From contig CAXRHT010000003.1 in the NCBI GenBank assembly GCA_964230645.1, forward strand, positions 256,001-320,000: a DNA stretch of 64,000 nucleotides. The letters are read 5' to 3'. Shown in pieces: positions 1-9,316 of the stretch (within the stretch, counting starts at the first letter, position 1; the number at the start of each line of letters is the position of its first letter). The notes under the pieces were generated by a model. The model was not told the origin of the DNA. It made no database searches and saw nothing but the letters and a program-made list of their open reading frames with translations. The DNA comes from Bdellovibrionales bacterium (GTDB lineage: Bacteria > Bdellovibrionota > Bdellovibrionia > Bdellovibrionales > JAGQZY01). Made by a program: the position numbers and the translations under genes.

Positions 1-98
1 GTGCCGTACTTTATGGCTTGTTCGGTGTGAAAAGTCCCCTGGGAACCAGTGATTCCTTGGCAAATAACCTTTGTGTTCTTATCAATCATAATGGCCAT
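1..98 (-). CDS. sucD: Succinyl-CoA ligase alpha subunit, 5' part (runs off window start)
   Basis: Manual translation of the minus strand from ATG at 98: [32 protein letters not shown], the typical SucD N-terminus; lies directly after sucC. Confidence 0.93.
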   Translation of the reverse strand, partial: MAIMIDKNTKVICQGITGSQGTFHTEQAIKYG

Positions 99-100
99 GG

Positions 101-1267
101 TTACGCTCCCTTCACAGCATTGGTAATTTTTTCTGCAGCATCTGTTAAAGAGTCTGCTGGAGTTACGTTGAGATCACTATCAGAAAGTATTTTCTTTCCT
201 TCCTCTACATTGGTTCCCTGTAAACGCACAACCAAAGGAACATTGAGGCCTACTTCTTTAACGGCCGCGATCACACCTTCAGCAATGATGTCACATTTCA
301 TGATTCCACCAAAAATATTTACAAGAATGCCTTTAACATTGGGATCTTTAAGAATGATTTTAAAGGCAGCAATAACATTTTCCTTGGTCGCACCACCTCC
401 AACATCAAGAAAGTTGGCGGGCTCGGCACCATGAAGCTTAATAATATCCATGGTGGCCATAGCTAGACCGGCACCATTGACAAGGCAGCCGATATTTCCA
501 TCAAGCTTAATGAAAGCCAAATCAAACTTCGAAGCTTCCACTTCAGCGGGATCTTCTTCAGAAAGGTCGCGAAGCTCAGCAATGTCCTTATGGCGATAAA
601 GAGCATTGGAATCGAAATTCATTTTTGCATCAAGCGCCATAACGTCGCCCTCTTTGGTTGTCACAAGCGGATTGATTTCAACCATGGCGCAGTCTTCTTT
701 CATATAAATCTCATAAAGACCTTTGAAATATCCAGCGGCTTTAATCGCCTGTTTGCCTTCAAAACCGAGTTTAAAAGCTAGTTGACGGGCTTGAAAGTCG
801 GGCATGCCAAAAGCGGGATCGACATTGACAGTATGGATGGCCTCAGGTGTTTTCTCGGCCACTTCTTCGATATTCACTCCACCCTCACTACTGGCCATAA
901 TAGAAATCTGAGAAGTTTCACGATCCAAAAAGACAGCGCAGTAATATTCTTTATCGATATTACAACCTTGTTCGATATAGACTTTTTGAACTTCTTTTCC
1001 CTCGGGGCCGGTTTGGTGAGTCACAAGGTTCATTCCGATGATTTCTTTGGTAAGAGACTCCACTTCTTCAAGAGATTTAGCGATTTTTACACCGCCCCCT
1101 TTACCACGGCCACCGGCGTGAATTTGGGCTTTGACCACCCAAAGGTCACCACCGAGCGCGCGAGCCGCTTCCACGGCCTCTTCGGCATTGTTCGCTATTT
1201 GTCCCTTCAGAACGGGAAGATTGTATTTTCTAAAAATTTCTTTGGCTTGATACTCATGTATATTCAT
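101..1267 (-). CDS. sucC: Succinyl-CoA ligase (ADP-forming) beta subunit
   Basis: MNIHEYQAK start, [43 protein letters not shown] motifs. Confidence 0.98.
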   Translation of the reverse strand: MNIHEYQAKEIFRKYNLPVLKGQIANNAEEAVEAARALGGDLWVVKAQIHAGGRGKGGGVKIAKSLEEVESLTKEIIGMNLVTHQTGPEGKEVQKVYIEQGCNIDKEYYCAVFLDRETSQISIMASSEGGVNIEEVAEKTPEAIHTVNVDPAFGMPDFQARQLAFKLGFEGKQAIKAAGYFKGLYEIYMKEDCAMVEINPLVTTKEGDVMALDAKMNFDSNALYRHKDIAELRDLSEEDPAEVEASKFDLAFIKLDGNIGCLVNGAGLAMATMDIIKLHGAEPANFLDVGGGATKENVIAAFKIILKDPNVKGILVNIFGGIMKCDIIAEGVIAAVKEVGLNVPLVVRLQGTNVEEGKKILSDSDLNVTPADSLTDAAEKITNAVKGA

Positions 1268-1276
1268 TTCACTTCC

Positions 1277-2221
1277 TTAGTAATCCAAGTTTTTCAAAGC
1301 ACTGAGCAGTTCTTCAACATGTTTTTGGGAGTTTTCAAGTCCCGCTTTTTCTTCGTCGTTTAATTTGAGTTCGATGACTTTTTCCAGACCGTTTTTACCC
1401 AACTGGCAAGGAACACCGATAAACATTCCATTGATGCCGTATTCCCCTTCGAGAAAAGCGGCACAAGGGAGAATGCGATTCTGGTCTTTAAGAATGGCCT
1501 CAGCCATTTCAACCGCACTGGCAGAAGGGGCGTAATAAGCCGAACCGGTTTTAAGCAGGCCAACAATCTCGGCTCCACCTTTGCGAGTTCTTTCCACCAA
1601 AGCATCGATTTTGTCTTTAGAGAGCATCTCAGTCAGAGGAACGCCACCAAGAGAGCAGTGGCGAGGCATTGGAACCATGGTATCTCCATGTCCACCCAGA
1701 ACAAAAGCCTGAATGTCTTTTACGCTGATCCCTGTTTCCTCAGCGATGAAAGAGCGAAATCGAGCACTATCGAGAATTCCAGCCATACCGATGATTCGGT
1801 TCTTTGGGAAATCGAGAGTTTCTTTGGCGACCATGGCCATGGCATCCAGAGGATTGGAAACAACGATCACAGTGGCATTAGGGGCATTTTCTTTAATACC
1901 CAAGCAAACATTTTTCATGATCTTCGCGTTGGAGGCGAGTAGATCGTCACGACTCATCCCTGGCTTACGGGGCAAACCGGCTGTGATGATCACGATATCG
2001 GAATCAGCCGTGTCTTTGTAATCAGCGGTTCCAATGACTCGGCTATCGAAACCTTCAACAGGAGAGGCTTCAAAGAGATCAAGGGCCTTTCCTTTTGCGG
2101 AGCCTTCATTGATATCAAGAAGGACCACATCTCCCAACTCTTTGCTGGCAGCCCAGTGAGCGCACGTGGAGCCCACAAATCCGGCACCAACTACAGTTAT
2201 CTTCTTCCTCGTATGACTCAT
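1277..2221 (-). CDS. mdh: Malate dehydrogenase (LDH-like)
   Basis: GAGFVG Rossmann motif, [20 protein letters not shown]; start at ATG 2221 follows a GGAGG RBS. Confidence 0.97.
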   Translation of the reverse strand: MSHTRKKITVVGAGFVGSTCAHWAASKELGDVVLLDINEGSAKGKALDLFEASPVEGFDSRVIGTADYKDTADSDIVIITAGLPRKPGMSRDDLLASNAKIMKNVCLGIKENAPNATVIVVSNPLDAMAMVAKETLDFPKNRIIGMAGILDSARFRSFIAEETGISVKDIQAFVLGGHGDTMVPMPRHCSLGGVPLTEMLSKDKIDALVERTRKGGAEIVGLLKTGSAYYAPSASAVEMAEAILKDQNRILPCAAFLEGEYGINGMFIGVPCQLGKNGLEKVIELKLNDEEKAGLENSQKHVEELLSALKNLDY

Positions 2222-2526
2222 TCGTTCCTCCTTCGAAACCGGCAAAACTCCAAGCGGGAGCTATATATAAAGAAAAATTTTTTGTATCATCCCTTCTTAT
2301 ACTCAAGTGCCCGGTCAAGTAAACCCATCCAACAAAATTCCTACAAAGATAGGGGTTTATGACGTCGTGCGAATAGAGTGACCCTTTCCGAGGAAATGCA
2401 CAATGAATCGAGAATGAAAGTCTATTGAACACAATCCTTCTGGTCCTCAACCAAACATTAGTTTAGAATTGAGTGAATTCACCGGAGAGAGGCTCGTCCT
2501 CTTTGAATTTACAAAAGTGAGGTCTC

Positions 2527-3294
2527 ATGGGCAGGGAAGCCCCTTTGATAGAACTGGATTCTGTTTCCTTGAACTTTGGTTCTGTGAAAATTTTAGAAAA
2601 TTTCAATCTCGCTATTAAAAAAGGGGAGTCATTGGTGCTCGTAGGCCCTAGCGGTAGCGGCAAAAGCACTCTGTTAAAACTGATGGCAGGCCTGTTGTCT
2701 CCCCAAGAAGGGACAGTTAACTATCGTGGAACCTCACTTTCAACGCTGAGCAAAATAAAGCGAGCGCAGTTTTTGTCTGAGGTGGGGATGTTGTTTCAAC
2801 AAAATGCACTTTTTGATTCCATGACGGTCTTTGAAAACCTTCATTTTGTTCTCTCTGAGGTAAAACCAAAAGCGCCTGAACCGAGTAAAAAGGAAGAGAT
2901 TTTTAATTTACTTGAAGCCGTCGGCCTAGACCATGTTCCCGATAATTTCCCCGGAGAATTGAGTGGAGGAATGCAGAAGCGATTAGGTATCGCTCGAGCC
3001 CTCGTCGTGCGGCCTCAGTTGGTATTCTACGACGATCCCACAGCAGGGCTGGACCCCATCACGAGCCGAAAAATCATAGCTATGATTCTTGAGTTAAAAA
3101 ACAAATGGGATGGAACCATAGTCACAGTGACAAACGATATGATGAGAGCTTTTCAGCTTGCTGGACAAATCATGCTTTGCTTTCCTGAAGAATTCATTCT
3201 GACAGGCAATGAGGCTCAAACTCGCAATCACCCGGATCCACGTGTGCAGCAGTTTATCACCGGGAGAGTGCAGGGCCCCTTGGAGGCCTTGTGA
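2527..3294 (+). CDS. mlaF: MlaF/Mkl-family ABC ATPase, copy 1 (degenerate Walker B and H-loop)
   Basis: GPSGSGKST, GMLFQQNALFDSMTV, LSGGMQKR, YDDPTAGLDP, VTND, C-terminal HPDPRVQQFITG; operon context. Confidence 0.88.
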   Translation: MGREAPLIELDSVSLNFGSVKILENFNLAIKKGESLVLVGPSGSGKSTLLKLMAGLLSPQEGTVNYRGTSLSTLSKIKRAQFLSEVGMLFQQNALFDSMTVFENLHFVLSEVKPKAPEPSKKEEIFNLLEAVGLDHVPDNFPGELSGGMQKRLGIARALVVRPQLVFYDDPTAGLDPITSRKIIAMILELKNKWDGTIVTVTNDMMRAFQLAGQIMLCFPEEFILTGNEAQTRNHPDPRVQQFITGRVQGPLEAL

Positions 3295-4019
3295 TCGAGT
3301 TTACAAATGTAACCAAAAGCTTTGGGAAGCGGACGATCTTAAAAGATCTCAGCCTAAAAATACCGACAGGAAAGATTGTTTTTATTTTAGGAGTTTCAGG
3401 GACCGGAAAGTCGGTACTACTCAAAAATATCGTAGGACTTCTAAAGCCCGATAGTGGCACGATTCAGGTCGATAAGTTTTCAGTCCACGCTATGAATGAG
3501 ATGGAGATGATGGAAGTTCGAAAAGTTTGCGGAATGGTTTTTCAACAGCCGGCTCTTTTTGATTTTTTAGATGTCTTTGAAAATGTCGCTTACGGACTCC
3601 GACGTCATTTTGATCTTGATGAGAGTTTGATACAGGAAAAAGTAAAAGAGAGTCTTCGACTCGTCGGTTTAAGTGGAATCGAAACCAAATGGCCTCATGA
3701 GCTATCCTACGGCATGAAAAAGAGGGTGAGTTTGGCTCGTACCGTGGCTTTAAGACCAAAAATTCTCCTGTTTGATGAGCCAACAACGGGCTTGGACCCC
3801 ATTTCCACCAATCGAGTCAATGAATTGATTCTTAATTTGTCAAAGGACCTGGGAACGACTTCCGTAGTGGTCAGTCATGATATGGAAAGTGCATTGCGTG
3901 TCGCAGATCACATTATCGTCCTTGATGGTGGGGGACTCCTCACCCAAGGATCCCCAGAGGACATGAAAAACAGCCAAGTTCCTTTGGTTAAGGACTTTCT
4001 TAGTGAGGTCACTTTATGA
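3291..4019 (+). CDS. mlaF: MlaF/Mkl-family ABC ATPase, copy 2 (degenerate signature LSYGM)
   Basis: GVSGTGKS, GMVFQQPALFD, LSYGMKKR, FDEPTTGLDP, VSHD; 4-bp overlap with upstream gene. Confidence 0.88.
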   Translation: MIEFTNVTKSFGKRTILKDLSLKIPTGKIVFILGVSGTGKSVLLKNIVGLLKPDSGTIQVDKFSVHAMNEMEMMEVRKVCGMVFQQPALFDFLDVFENVAYGLRRHFDLDESLIQEKVKESLRLVGLSGIETKWPHELSYGMKKRVSLARTVALRPKILLFDEPTTGLDPISTNRVNELILNLSKDLGTTSVVVSHDMESALRVADHIIVLDGGGLLTQGSPEDMKNSQVPLVKDFLSEVTL

Positions 4020-4774
4020 TTGTTTATAATTTTCTTCATGGTTTAGGGGATACACTGATCTACTTTAGTGAAGTTGTTAAGAGATCCTCGTTCACAAAGT
4101 CGCGAAGAGAAGAAATATTTAGTAAAAGTCTTGAGGTCATAGCTCAGAGTTTGGTCACAACACTTTTTGCCGGTTTTTTTGTGGGCGCCATAATGACTCT
4201 TCAGTTTACATTGCAAATGAAAATGTTTAGTGCTCTTTCCTATTTAGGGGCTCTTGTAACAAGCGCGACCGTTCGTGAGGTCGGCCCTCTCCTTATTGCT
4301 TTCTTATTAAGTGGAAAAATTGGAGCTTTTACTTCCGCTGAGCTAGGAACCATGAAAGTGAGCGAGCAGATTGATGCCATTCGATGCCTGGGGGCGGATC
4401 CTTTAAAAGAGGTGATCGTTCCACGTTTTTTAGGAATTATTGTCGCAAGTTTTTTTCTCCTTACAGTGGGCCTGCTATTTTCCTTCGCCGGAGGATTATT
4501 GATGGCAACAACATTTAGCGATCTTCCGTGGGAGCAGTACATTACCCACATTCCAAGAGTCGTTAATCAGTTCTCCATAGCCAGTGGTATCGTGAAGTGT
4601 TTTTTGTTTGCCATTGTCATTGCGACTCTTTGTACCTACAGAGGTTATAAAGTCATCGGCGGCGCTCGTGAGGTGGGAGAAGGTGTGGTCATGGCCGCGA
4701 CTCAAACGATGATAGCCCTTGTTTTTGCCGACTGGTTCAGTAGTTTTGTTCTCGAGGGAGTCTTTAATGGGTAA
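4016..4774 (+). CDS. mlaE: MlaE/YrbE-family permease, copy 1
   Basis: REVGPLL, AELGTMKVSEQIDA, GGAREVGEGV motifs; multiple hydrophobic helices. Confidence 0.92.
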   Translation: MIVYNFLHGLGDTLIYFSEVVKRSSFTKSRREEIFSKSLEVIAQSLVTTLFAGFFVGAIMTLQFTLQMKMFSALSYLGALVTSATVREVGPLLIAFLLSGKIGAFTSAELGTMKVSEQIDAIRCLGADPLKEVIVPRFLGIIVASFFLLTVGLLFSFAGGLLMATTFSDLPWEQYITHIPRVVNQFSIASGIVKCFLFAIVIATLCTYRGYKVIGGAREVGEGVVMAATQTMIALVFADWFSSFVLEGVFNG

Positions 4775-5501
4775 AACCAGTTTCCTATCCCTATGTTTTC
4801 AAACAGGACTGAGTTTTTTTACCTCAGGATTGAGACTAAAGGTCTTCATACAGCAGCTCGACAAGTTGGCCTTTCGTAGTCTCAATATCATTGTAGTCTG
4901 TGTATCATTTGCTGCCGCGGTGACAATTCTGGAAGCCTCTTTTCATATGAAGCTCGTTTTACACGATGACAGTTTGGTTCCAGGTTTTGCTTCCATGCTT
5001 ATCGTGCGTGAGCTAGCTGTGGTGGTGATGTCACTCCTTTTAGCGGCTAAAATAGGGGCTGGTATGGCCGCTGAAGTGGGGCAGATGAAAATTTCCGAAC
5101 AAATAGACGCCTTAAAACTTTTGGGAATTAATCCCTTTAATTACCTTGTCTTACCTCGTTTCGTTGCCTGTGTGGTTGGTGGCATCCTATTGGCAGTTAT
5201 TGCAAACGCGGTCTGCTTGATTACCGCGGCACTTGTAACCACTATCAGTCTTGATCAAAGTTTTGGCTTTTTTCAGGCGGCCTTTAGAAGATTTGTTATG
5301 ATGCAAGACCTTAGCTTCTCGGTTTTAAAAGGAATGATCTTTTGTGGGGTGATTCCTCTCATTAGTTGCTATTTTGGTTTCATCTGCGAGCCAGGAGCTC
5401 ATGGCGTTGGCCGCGCGACAACAAAAAGTGTTGTTTCTTCCTCAATTGCTATAATCGTATTAGACTTTTTATTAACACTGACCTTTTCATTTTTTTACTG
5501 A
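4767..5501 (+). CDS. mlaE: MlaE/YrbE-family permease, copy 2
   Basis: RELAVV, AEVGQMKISEQIDAL, PGAHGVGRATTKSVV; ATG at 4767 overlaps the previous stop. Confidence 0.92.
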   Translation: MGKTSFLSLCFQTGLSFFTSGLRLKVFIQQLDKLAFRSLNIIVVCVSFAAAVTILEASFHMKLVLHDDSLVPGFASMLIVRELAVVVMSLLLAAKIGAGMAAEVGQMKISEQIDALKLLGINPFNYLVLPRFVACVVGGILLAVIANAVCLITAALVTTISLDQSFGFFQAAFRRFVMMQDLSFSVLKGMIFCGVIPLISCYFGFICEPGAHGVGRATTKSVVSSSIAIIVLDFLLTLTFSFFY

Positions 5502-5509
5502 GAGAGTGC

Positions 5510-6289
5510 ATGAGTTCACAAATTAAAATCGCCATTTTATTTCTTTTAGCTGGACTTTCCATAGTGGTTTTCGTGATGTTTTTGGGAAAATTTGAAATCC
5601 TGGGGAATTACCAGCGCATGATTGTAGCCTACAACTTTGTTGGAGGCCTAGAAGAGGGTTCCCATGTTCGGTTAATGGGAGTGAAGGTCGGTAAAGTGGA
5701 AAAGGTCGAGTTCAAACCCAATTACAAGACCGCTCAGGGCGAAGAGGTCAAACTTCATATTCACATCAAAGTGGAGGACAAAGCTTGGGCGGTGATTCGG
5801 CAGGATAGTGATTATTTCATTAATATGGCAGGAATTATCGGAGAGAAGTATCTTGAGATATCTCCAGGACATAGTGATTCTCCGAAGATTAAGCCAGGAG
5901 ATATTGTGCGCGGAACGGATCCACCCCGGGTCGACCAGTTGATCTCCCAAGGCTATGCCCTCGCGGGGAAAATCCTTTCAGTGGTTGAGGACAATGAGGG
6001 TTCAGTCACTGATACTATTGGCTCGATTAGCGATCTGGTGAAGTCTCTTAATAAAGTTCTCGCTACAATTGATAAAATTACCACGAATCGTGAATATCGT
6101 GATTTGGTACAAAAAATTAACTCCCTCAGTGGCGAAATGACCGTCCTTTTAAGGGATGCCAATAAAGGCAATATCCGTGATACCCTCACAACCATGAGAA
6201 ATTTGCTTAAGAAACTGGATAAAATAGAAGAAAAAGAACTTCGAGAATTCCTGCAAGAAGAGGGAATTAAAGCACGGGTGGCACTATGA
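5510..6289 (+). CDS. mlaD: MlaD/MCE-domain protein with helical extension
   Basis: N-terminal TM helix, GGLEEGSHVRLMGVKVGKV, GIIGEKYLEISPG MCE motifs; start trimmed to ATG 5510. Confidence 0.92.
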   Translation: MSSQIKIAILFLLAGLSIVVFVMFLGKFEILGNYQRMIVAYNFVGGLEEGSHVRLMGVKVGKVEKVEFKPNYKTAQGEEVKLHIHIKVEDKAWAVIRQDSDYFINMAGIIGEKYLEISPGHSDSPKIKPGDIVRGTDPPRVDQLISQGYALAGKILSVVEDNEGSVTDTIGSISDLVKSLNKVLATIDKITTNREYRDLVQKINSLSGEMTVLLRDANKGNIRDTLTTMRNLLKKLDKIEEKELREFLQEEGIKARVAL

Positions 6290-6918
6290 AACATCTATCT
6301 AGCTTTTTATTTTCGCTTTTCCTACTGTTTTCAACCTCCGCTCAAGGCGAGGCTATTTTATGGGGAGAATCAGAACCCGCGCCGCGGGCCTCTTCCAGCC
6401 GATTTGACTATGATGAGACCCCAAAAGCTCAGGAGGTCTCAGGATTTTGGCAGACTCGCAAAGTCTCTTTGGGAGTTGCAACGGCTGGTGCTTTTGGAAT
6501 CGGCGGAGCACTCCTAGGCATTCATTTTCATCCTCAGTGGGCTGTTGATCTTGGTTTTGGGGGTGGAAGTCACTTTCAGTCTTTCGGATTTAGAGTTAAG
6601 CGCACCATGCTTAAGTCTTCACCTTTGAATCCTTATGTGGCTCTGGGTTTTCAGCGATGGGAGAGAACAACGACTCGCCCGATTAATTCTAACGATATCC
6701 GTCCAGGTTATGTCGCCAGTGAATTTATGTCTGTTTCCGATCGCCGATTAGGAAATATCGATGAAAAGCTGATCTTAGGCTCTCTTGGTTTACAATATGT
6801 GTTCACATCCGGTGATTGGACGGGATACGGATTATTTGTCGAGGCCATTTACCTGGTGTCTGCAGAAGATTTAGATTCAGCACCGACGGCTTCACTTGGA
6901 TTTAACTATTTTTTCTAA
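6286..6918 (+). CDS. Secreted protein, probable small outer-membrane beta-barrel
   Basis: Signal peptide (..TSAQG), alternating Gly/aromatic strands, C-terminal ASLGFNYFF ending in Phe; ATGA overlap with mlaD. Confidence 0.6.
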   Translation: MKHLSSFLFSLFLLFSTSAQGEAILWGESEPAPRASSSRFDYDETPKAQEVSGFWQTRKVSLGVATAGAFGIGGALLGIHFHPQWAVDLGFGGGSHFQSFGFRVKRTMLKSSPLNPYVALGFQRWERTTTRPINSNDIRPGYVASEFMSVSDRRLGNIDEKLILGSLGLQYVFTSGDWTGYGLFVEAIYLVSAEDLDSAPTASLGFNYFF

Positions 6919-7173
6919 TTTTTAGGGTGAAAGTGCCTTTTTATGGGATTGAACTCTATTCTTTCAGTGGTTTCCTCTATATATAAGCTGCTAGAAGTCC
7001 CTTAAAGCTTTCCATTGAGTTCTCCTGCGCCCAATAGCAAAAATTGTGGGTTTGATTCCTTCTCGGTCTTTCTGAGCCTTATTAGCCTATCTTGAGCTCA
7101 AGGAATCGAATAGTTGGCCGAGAGGCTTCTCGGTAAAAATCAGAGGTTGGCCCTTTTCTGCGCAGAAAAAGGC

Positions 7174-7200
7174 AAAAAAAAACCCCGACTCTTGCCGGGG
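7174..7200 (-). terminator. Intrinsic terminator of the Lys/Arg-rich gene
   Basis: Minus strand CCCCGGC-AAGA-GTCGGGG followed by T9. Confidence 0.8.
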
Positions 7201-7226
7201 CTTCGTAACCGTAAACTCGATTCAGA

Positions 7227-7553
7227 TTACTTCTTCTTACGAGTTGTCTTCTTTCTAGTCGACTTCTTTTTAGTCTTTCTCTTAGCTTTTTTGCGAGTAG
7301 ACTTCTTTTTAGTCGCTTTTTTCTTCTTTTTACGAGTCGACTTCTTTTTAGTCGCCTTCTTCTTCTTCTTACGAGTCGCTTTCTTTTTAGTCTTGCGAGT
7401 CGCTTTCTTCTTCTTCTTACGAGTCGCTTTCTTTTTAGAAGCTTTCTTCTTAGTTGTTTTCTTTTTCGTCTTACGACGAGTTGCTTTCTTCTTACGAGTC
7501 GTTTTTTTCTTACGAGTCGTCTTCTTCTTAGTAGAACGTTTTTTTCTTGCCAT
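7227..7553 (-). CDS. Highly basic histone H1/protamine-like nucleoid protein
   Basis: 108 aa composed only of M,A,R,K,S,T in KKK(A/S/T)TR repeats; GAGGAGG RBS upstream and terminator downstream. Confidence 0.85.
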   Translation of the reverse strand: MARKKRSTKKKTTRKKKTTRKKKATRRKTKKKTTKKKASKKKATRKKKKKATRKTKKKATRKKKKKATKKKSTRKKKKKATKKKSTRKKAKRKTKKKSTRKKTTRKKK

Positions 7554-7603
7554 TATGCCTCCTCAAAAACGATGAGTTCTTTGTTGTTTAAACTTCTGGT
7601 TTC

Positions 7604-7649
7604 AGTTTACCCACGTGACTATATTCGTCAATAGAAAATTAAATCTTTA
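7604..7649 (-). promoter_or_regulatory. Candidate overlapping sigma70-like and sigma28-like promoters for the basic protein gene
   Basis: Minus strand TTGACG-N16-TAAACT and TAAAG-N15-GACGAATA. Confidence 0.4.
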
Positions 7650-7674
7650 GCACTTTTTTTGCTTAGTCTTTTTA

Positions 7675-8442
7675 ATGATGATCAAGAATATTTTAATTTC
7701 ACTTTGTATTTTTATGTCCGTTTTTGTGTTCGTTTACCGAATATATCTCTACTATTACAAACAACATTTTTTCTCTCTGAAATTCATGACAAAAATTGGC
7801 ACTTTTCATTTTATTTTTTTAGTGAGTCTCTATTTTTATTTCTTCAAACAAACTTTTTTCATCTGGATTTTTAGTTTTACCTCAATATTGTTTCTACCAA
7901 TCTTGTTTTTTGTTTTTTTGAAAATCCATCAACTACAGTTCTACAGCGAGTTTGTTAGATTTCTCTCTCTGGTCATCCTCTCTATGCAACAAGGTTCGGG
8001 GTTCATGTCGTCTATGCAGGGGGTACTGAGGTCCGGAAACTGGAAGCAAAGACGAATATTTCTGCGAATCATTGAAAATGTTGCTTTTTCACAACAAGAG
8101 CCGGTTGGTTTTTCTGGACCTTTTAGTCGTTTTATCGATGAAATTAACCAGGAGTTTCTCCAGGTGAAAAACAACCAACATCAGGGAATTGATAGGCTGT
8201 GTAATTTTCGAAAAAATTTAAGGGATCGTCTTATTTTTCGACAAAAGTCGGGACAGATTTGGCGTTTTTTTTCGTTTCAACTTGGGATTTTAAGCTTCAT
8301 TTATGTAGGAATTTTTATATTTGTGGTGCGTGAATACGGTTTTTCAAGCTTTAAAAAGCAATTTTTTCTATCCTTCTTGTTCTATTTTCTCGGTGTTTTG
8401 TGTGTTGTGTTCTTAGCGCGAGGTAAAAAATGGTCCATATAG
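7675..8442 (+). CDS. TadB-like (T2SS F / pilus platform) membrane protein
   Basis: Pattern EFVRFLSLVILSMQQGSGF...GIDRLCNFRKNLR...KSGQ followed by two TM helices resembles TadB; paired with a TadC-like gene. Confidence 0.55.
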   Translation: MMIKNILISLCIFMSVFVFVYRIYLYYYKQHFFSLKFMTKIGTFHFIFLVSLYFYFFKQTFFIWIFSFTSILFLPILFFVFLKIHQLQFYSEFVRFLSLVILSMQQGSGFMSSMQGVLRSGNWKQRRIFLRIIENVAFSQQEPVGFSGPFSRFIDEINQEFLQVKNNQHQGIDRLCNFRKNLRDRLIFRQKSGQIWRFFSFQLGILSFIYVGIFIFVVREYGFSSFKKQFFLSFLFYFLGVLCVVFLARGKKWSI

Positions 8443-8855
8443 TTCCATCCATTTCCTTTATTAAGCAATTCAAGTCCCAAATTAAAAGTGGCTTGTCCGT
8501 ATCCGGATCTTTAAAGCGGACACTTGCAATGGAAGAAACCCATTTTTCAAAAAAGGTTCAGCTCTGGTGGAGTGCTTACCGCAATGGAAGTTCGAGTCGT
8601 TACTCCTTTAGTAGTCATTACGAGAAAGCTTTCATAGAGGCCCTAGAACAGGGTTTACAAGGAGCCCCTATTTTAAAGGCTGTTGAAAATATTGAGGATG
8701 AAATGTTGCAGGAATTTGAAATTCAGTGGAAGTCCTACCTGGAATCACTTCCAACGAAGTTAAGTATTCCTCTACTTTTCCTATTTTTTCCCTCTTACGT
8801 CATATTAATTTTTGGTCCTTTAATTGTGACCTTCTTACAAGGAGTTAGTTCATGA
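8430..8855 (+). CDS. Short TadC-like (T2SS F family) protein
   Basis: KSGLSV, EQGLQGAPI, C-terminal LPTKLSIPLLFLFFPSYVILIFGP typical of TadC. Confidence 0.6.
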   Translation: MVHIVPSISFIKQFKSQIKSGLSVSGSLKRTLAMEETHFSKKVQLWWSAYRNGSSSRYSFSSHYEKAFIEALEQGLQGAPILKAVENIEDEMLQEFEIQWKSYLESLPTKLSIPLLFLFFPSYVILIFGPLIVTFLQGVSS

Positions 8856-9316
8856 GTGTATTGTTACTATTGATAGGTGCTGTCTTTTCGCAAGCCCTTT
8901 CCCCCAACCAAGCTCTTTATATGAGCTCAAACTTAGAGTCGTTCATGGAGGCGCGGAGTGAATGGGCCGAAATTGTTCGTATGAAGGAAGGTTGCCAGTG
9001 GGAAATGGATCAAGAGCAATTCCCCTTTCGTTGCCTCAAATATCTGCAGTGGCAACTAGGAGTTCCTCAGAAATTAGAAAACCTGCGAAGCTTACGGCAA
9101 AGAATAAACCAAAGTTGTATAAAAACGGTGAATCAAGTGACGTCAATGGATCCACTGATCAATGAGGACCTTCAAACATTAGTGGGATCAAAGTGCCACA
9201 AAGCCATTAAGGCCCGTGAGCTCGATTTGAAGTATATCCAGCAATCTCTCGCTGGCTCGGATCTTGAAATACATAATTCCCATGGAAGAGATACAAGCAA
9301 AGAAACCCATTTATAA
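8852..9316 (+). CDS. Hypothetical exported protein with 4 Cys
   Basis: Hydrophobic N-terminus; overlapping-stop coupling in the operon. Confidence 0.6.
   Translation: MSVLLLLIGAVFSQALSPNQALYMSSNLESFMEARSEWAEIVRMKEGCQWEMDQEQFPFRCLKYLQWQLGVPQKLENLRSLRQRINQSCIKTVNQVTSMDPLINEDLQTLVGSKCHKAIKARELDLKYIQQSLAGSDLEIHNSHGRDTSKETHL

Noticed and set aside
7114..7575. 153-aa Phe/Leu/Val-rich ORF on the + strand
   Set aside because: Antisense shadow of the Lys/Arg-rich gene, which has the RBS and terminator
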